Part shown: positions 9,815-12,402 of the stretch, piece by piece | Position numbering within the stretch: the first letter of the stretch is position 1 | How the letters are laid out: each line of letters opens with the position of its first letter | NCBI GenBank assembly: GCA_013416795.1 | Contig: RQSC01000196.1 | Span: forward strand, 41,522 to 53,923 | Length of the DNA stretch: 12,402 nucleotides | Source: Prasinococcaceae sp. CCMP 1430 | Taxonomy: Eukaryota > Plantae > Prasinodermophyta | Direction: 5' to 3' | Position numbers and translations under genes: made by a program | The notes under the pieces: generated by a model | Seen by the model: the letters and a program-made list of their open reading frames with translations, nothing else | Database searches by the model: none | Told to the model about the DNA's origin: nothing

Positions 9815-10720
9815 ATGCCCGGCCCTCCAGGCGACAGCGCCGACGCATTCAGCCGCCTCGGCGTCATTTCGGGCGTGGGCGGAGACTATGTCCATGAGGA
9901 CAATGACGTCGCCGAGTTGCTTGCACAGGCAGCGGATGCGCACGCGCTTGCGCTTGGCGGGTCAGCATCCGGTCGCGGCGGTGCGAGTGCCAGCGACGCG
10001 CCGAAAGCACAGGGGGCGCATGCTCTCGAGCGCGCAGAGAGCGCCGCCGATGCGGGGGGTCTCGAAGGCTCGCTGTCGGCCCGGCTTGCGGCGCTCTCCG
10101 CCGACGTTGACGACAGCGGGGACGCATTTGCGTCGCTCGGAGCTAGGCTCGACGCGCTCAAGCGCTCCCACGCGCCCGCGAGCGGACAAGAGAACATGGA
10201 CGCGCTCGTCACGCGGTTCGAGGCGCTCAAGGCGTGTGCAGCTGAGGGTAGCGGGGACAGCGCTGATGCCACGCCCCCCTCCCGAGGGCAGCCTAGCGTA
10301 GACGACACCGGCCACAGCACGGACGTGGCCGTCAGGGCTGTGCTCGCCGCCGCCGAGGCCGAGGCTGCTGCTGACGCGCGCTCGCGCGGAGGCTGCGCGG
10401 AGCTCACGGACGCCGAGCTCATCACAGCAGCGCTGGGTGCGCCGACGAGGGCCGCCCATCGGGGGAGGGAGCAGGCGCGCGCTATGTGCGGGAGCGGCGG
10501 TCGGGCGCTCCCACACACGCACGCGCACGTGCGTGATGGCTGCGCACTCGAGAGCGACGGCTACAGCAGTGAGGAGGCCAGCGAGGGCGAGGACGTCGCA
10601 GCAGTCATGCGCTGGGCGGCCGATGCTGCTCGTCTCGATGAGCTCGTCGAGGCGCGCGGAGACGACAGCTTGCTTCACGGGCTACTGCCCGAGGCACCGC
10701 GACGGCCGCCGGAGCGCTGA
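9815..10720 (+). CDS. Uncharacterised, largely disordered acidic/Ala-rich protein (301 aa) with three L-x-x-R-[LF]-x-x-L motifs
   Basis: ATG 9815 (MPGPPGDS...). The upstream part of ORF 9665 translates as low-complexity repeat sequence. Amphipathic blocks: EDNDVAELLAQAADA, SLSARLAAL, SLGARLDALKR, ALVTRFEALK, EDVAAVMRWAADAARLD. Stop TGA 10718-10720. Confidence 0.65.
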   Translation: MPGPPGDSADAFSRLGVISGVGGDYVHEDNDVAELLAQAADAHALALGGSASGRGGASASDAPKAQGAHALERAESAADAGGLEGSLSARLAALSADVDDSGDAFASLGARLDALKRSHAPASGQENMDALVTRFEALKACAAEGSGDSADATPPSRGQPSVDDTGHSTDVAVRAVLAAAEAEAAADARSRGGCAELTDAELITAALGAPTRAAHRGREQARAMCGSGGRALPHTHAHVRDGCALESDGYSSEEASEGEDVAAVMRWAADAARLDELVEARGDDSLLHGLLPEAPRRPPER

Positions 10721-10747
10721 GTGCTGTGTGGGTTAGAGGTCCATAAA

Positions 10748-10752
10748 TTACA
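10748..10752 (-). terminator. Candidate UGUAA polyadenylation signal for the RING1-like gene
   Basis: TTACA on + equals TGTAA on -, about 120 nt past the RING1 stop, in the only AT-rich patch of the convergent gap. UGUAA is the known chlorophyte poly(A) signal. Confidence 0.4.
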
Positions 10753-10872
10753 AACATTCGCGGTGTCGATATGGTACACGTCGTAGCGCCCGCGGGCGAG
10801 CGCGGCGGGGCTTTCGTGCGCGTGTATGAGTGCATGACTGCTGCACATCCTTGGGTGTGCATGCGTGCATGC

Positions 10873-12021
10873 TCACCCGGGCGCGCATCCTGCGTATCTG
10901 TAGTAGAGCCTCAGCTGGCCGCCCATGTCAGCCATCGCCTCGGCGACGTCCCCGACGGTGCGGTCTGTGTCCAGCGGCTGCATATTAGTGCCAAGCAGCG
11001 CGAGCGTCGGTCGCGTCGGCGCTGGTGCGACGGACGACCCCACCCCCACGCCAGCTAGCGGTGTCGCAAAGGTTGGGTCCGATGGTCGCTGTGCGAGTTG
11101 CATCTCAGCCCACCGCTGCAACGTGCGCACCGCGGCGGTCCAGCGCACGCTCAGGTACGGCAGTGGCAATGCCCGTGCGCCGCCCATCGGCGAGAGCACG
11201 ACTTGCACAACGTAGTGTGCCTCGGGTGGTGACCTGTCGGCCGGTGGCGCGAGCACGTCACCGGGCACGGCCAGTGGCCGCCTCACGCCGTGCGACGTGA
11301 AAGGTGAGGGAAACGCCCCGCCCTGGGCGGCAGCGGCGGGGGGCACCTGCAGCAGCGGCCGTGACGCTTGCTCGTGCGCGCCGGCGCTCTCGGGCTGCGT
11401 CATGAGAGTCGATCCCGCTCGTCCAACGAGAGCGAGCACGTCCGCCGATGTGGCCAGCCCTCCCACCTCGTGCTCGGCTACGTCCGGCGGCTGCGCAAGC
11501 GCGAAGTCCATGTTTACGTCGGTCACCCTCCCCTTCGACTTCTCCCTCTCCTTCTTCTTGTCCTTCTTGGTGAGCGCACCCTTTTTGAACCAGCCCCGAG
11601 CAGTCAGTAGCTCTGCCTCCGCCTTCGCTTTGGCCCTGAGCCTCTCGGCATTGGCACTGTACTGCGCGGCGGCCGCAGCGAGGATCGCCGCCATGTCCTC
11701 CCCATCGCTGTCGGAGCCGTCGCCACCATCGGTGTCGAGCTCAAGCAGCTTGATGAGCTCGTCGTAGCGATTATCGGGGCGCAGCGAGCGACGGCTCTTC
11801 ACTTTGACACGGCACGCGGGGCATTCGAGCTTGCTGCGCAGAGAGCTCTCAATGCAGCTCTTGCAGAAGCGGTGCAGGCACCCCATGTTTGAGACTGCCA
11901 CCACCATCACATCGCGGCAGATGGGGCACATGAGCTCGTCGCGCGCCGCGCGCCGCGCGGCGGCGCGCGCGGCGGCGCGCGCGGAGCCAGAGGCATCATC
12001 TGGCCCTGACGCAGCCGCCAT
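10873..12021 (-). CDS. RING1: RING1/RNF2-like E3 ubiquitin ligase (PRC1 core): N-terminal C3HC4 RING + C-terminal RAWUL-like domain, 382 aa
   Basis: First ATG at 12021 (the ORF track starts at GTG 12027). RING CPIC...MGCLHRFCKSCI...ECPAC (11812..11928) is followed by SRRSLRPD..YDELI, typical of RING1/RNF2. Basic NLS-like KKDKKKEREK. The C-terminal region (~10894..11214) has V.LSP...LP.PYL.V...V..L and ends L.LYYR, like RAWUL. Confidence 0.85.
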   Translation of the reverse strand: MAAASGPDDASGSARAAARAAARRAARDELMCPICRDVMVVAVSNMGCLHRFCKSCIESSLRSKLECPACRVKVKSRRSLRPDNRYDELIKLLELDTDGGDGSDSDGEDMAAILAAAAAQYSANAERLRAKAKAEAELLTARGWFKKGALTKKDKKKEREKSKGRVTDVNMDFALAQPPDVAEHEVGGLATSADVLALVGRAGSTLMTQPESAGAHEQASRPLLQVPPAAAAQGGAFPSPFTSHGVRRPLAVPGDVLAPPADRSPPEAHYVVQVVLSPMGGARALPLPYLSVRWTAAVRTLQRWAEMQLAQRPSDPTFATPLAGVGVGSSVAPAPTRPTLALLGTNMQPLDTDRTVGDVAEAMADMGGQLRLYYRYAGCAPG

Positions 12022-12048
12022 GCTCACGCGACGCCCTCCACGCAGGCG

Positions 12049-12116
12049 AGCAGCAGCAGCAGCCGCAGCCTATGTCGCCGCCGCCGCCGCCGCTGCCGCC
12101 GCCGCAGCAGCAGCAG
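12049..12116. repeat. Compound trinucleotide repeat (AGC)n/(CCG)n/(CAG)n
   Basis: (AGC)5 from 12049, then CCG runs and (CAG)4 ending at 12116. Confidence 0.9.
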
Positions 12117-12136
12117 CGCTCGCAGCCGCGCTGCAG
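12072..12136 (+). CDS. Putative first exon of a divergently transcribed gene (MSPPPPPLPPPQQQQRSQPRC...), 3'-partial
   Basis: ATG at 12072 opens a polyP/polyQ frame ending at CAG|GTGCGC (12137), nearly identical to the ATPase donor GAG|GTGCGT. It is followed by non-coding-looking CA-repeat sequence to the window end. Downstream exons are not visible. Confidence 0.35.
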
Positions 12137-12191
12137 GTGCGCGCGAGAGAGCGCGCGCACACACGCGCTCGCATGCGCACACGCGCACATG

Positions 12192-12194
<3 letters not shown>

Positions 12195-12236
<42 letters not shown>

Positions 12237-12262
12237 ACACGCACAGACACACACACACACAC
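12195..12262. repeat. (AC)n microsatellite, (AC)18 perfect then imperfect
   Basis: Read directly from the sequence. Confidence 0.95.
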
Positions 12263-12346
12263 TTTCAAGCGCACGCGCGTCCCGTGCGCATGCGCGCGAG
12301 TACACACGCACGCACCAGGCACGCGCGCTCGCACGTGCTTACACGT

Positions 12347-12347
<1 letters not shown>

Positions 12348-12402
<55 letters not shown>
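12348..12402. repeat. (CA)n microsatellite running off the window end
   Basis: Uninterrupted CA repeat of 55 nt to the last base. Confidence 0.95.

Noticed and set aside
10437-10569. Possible intron in the MIM1-like gene (GTGCGC donor, CACACAC-rich interior)
   Set aside because: No nearby AG restores the frame, and the ORF is already open through the region.
3490-10720. Idea that the Ca pump, DNAJC22-like and MIM1-like genes form a membrane-trafficking cluster
   Set aside because: Adjacency in a compact eukaryotic genome is not evidence of a shared system without conserved synteny or co-expression.
11996-12400. Cys/Val-rich ORFs (MCVCVCV...)
   Set aside because: These are translations of the (CA)n microsatellites.

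Overview
Gene-dense, very GC-rich (roughly 70% by eye) eukaryotic nuclear DNA with few introns, most likely a unicellular green alga. This is an inference from the plant-type ECA1 pump, the RING1-like protein and a TGTAA signal. Gene order: 5'-truncated adenylosuccinate lyase purB (+, <3..1445); an extracellular-type protein with PT repeats, a split somatomedin-B-like domain and two PPC-like domains but no visible start codon (+, ~1499..3140, one intron); an ECA/SERCA-type P2A Ca2+/Mn2+-ATPase (-, 8270..3490, one intron, 1487 aa); a TM2 + J-domain DNAJC22/wurst-like protein (+, ~8503..9620, start defective as sequenced); an uncharacterised protein with three MIM1-like motifs (+, 9815..10720); a RING + RAWUL RING1-like PRC1 subunit (-, 12021..10873); and a possible divergent first exon followed by a CA-repeat-rich intron at the right edge. 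I found no rRNA, tRNA, CRISPR array or mobile element. The most unusual object is the ATPase: it has a 222-aa Ala/Glu/Lys helical insertion in its N domain, a transit-peptide-like N-terminus and Gln at the E908-equivalent site. All assignments come from motif recognition and manual alignment to remembered family sequences; no database searches were run.
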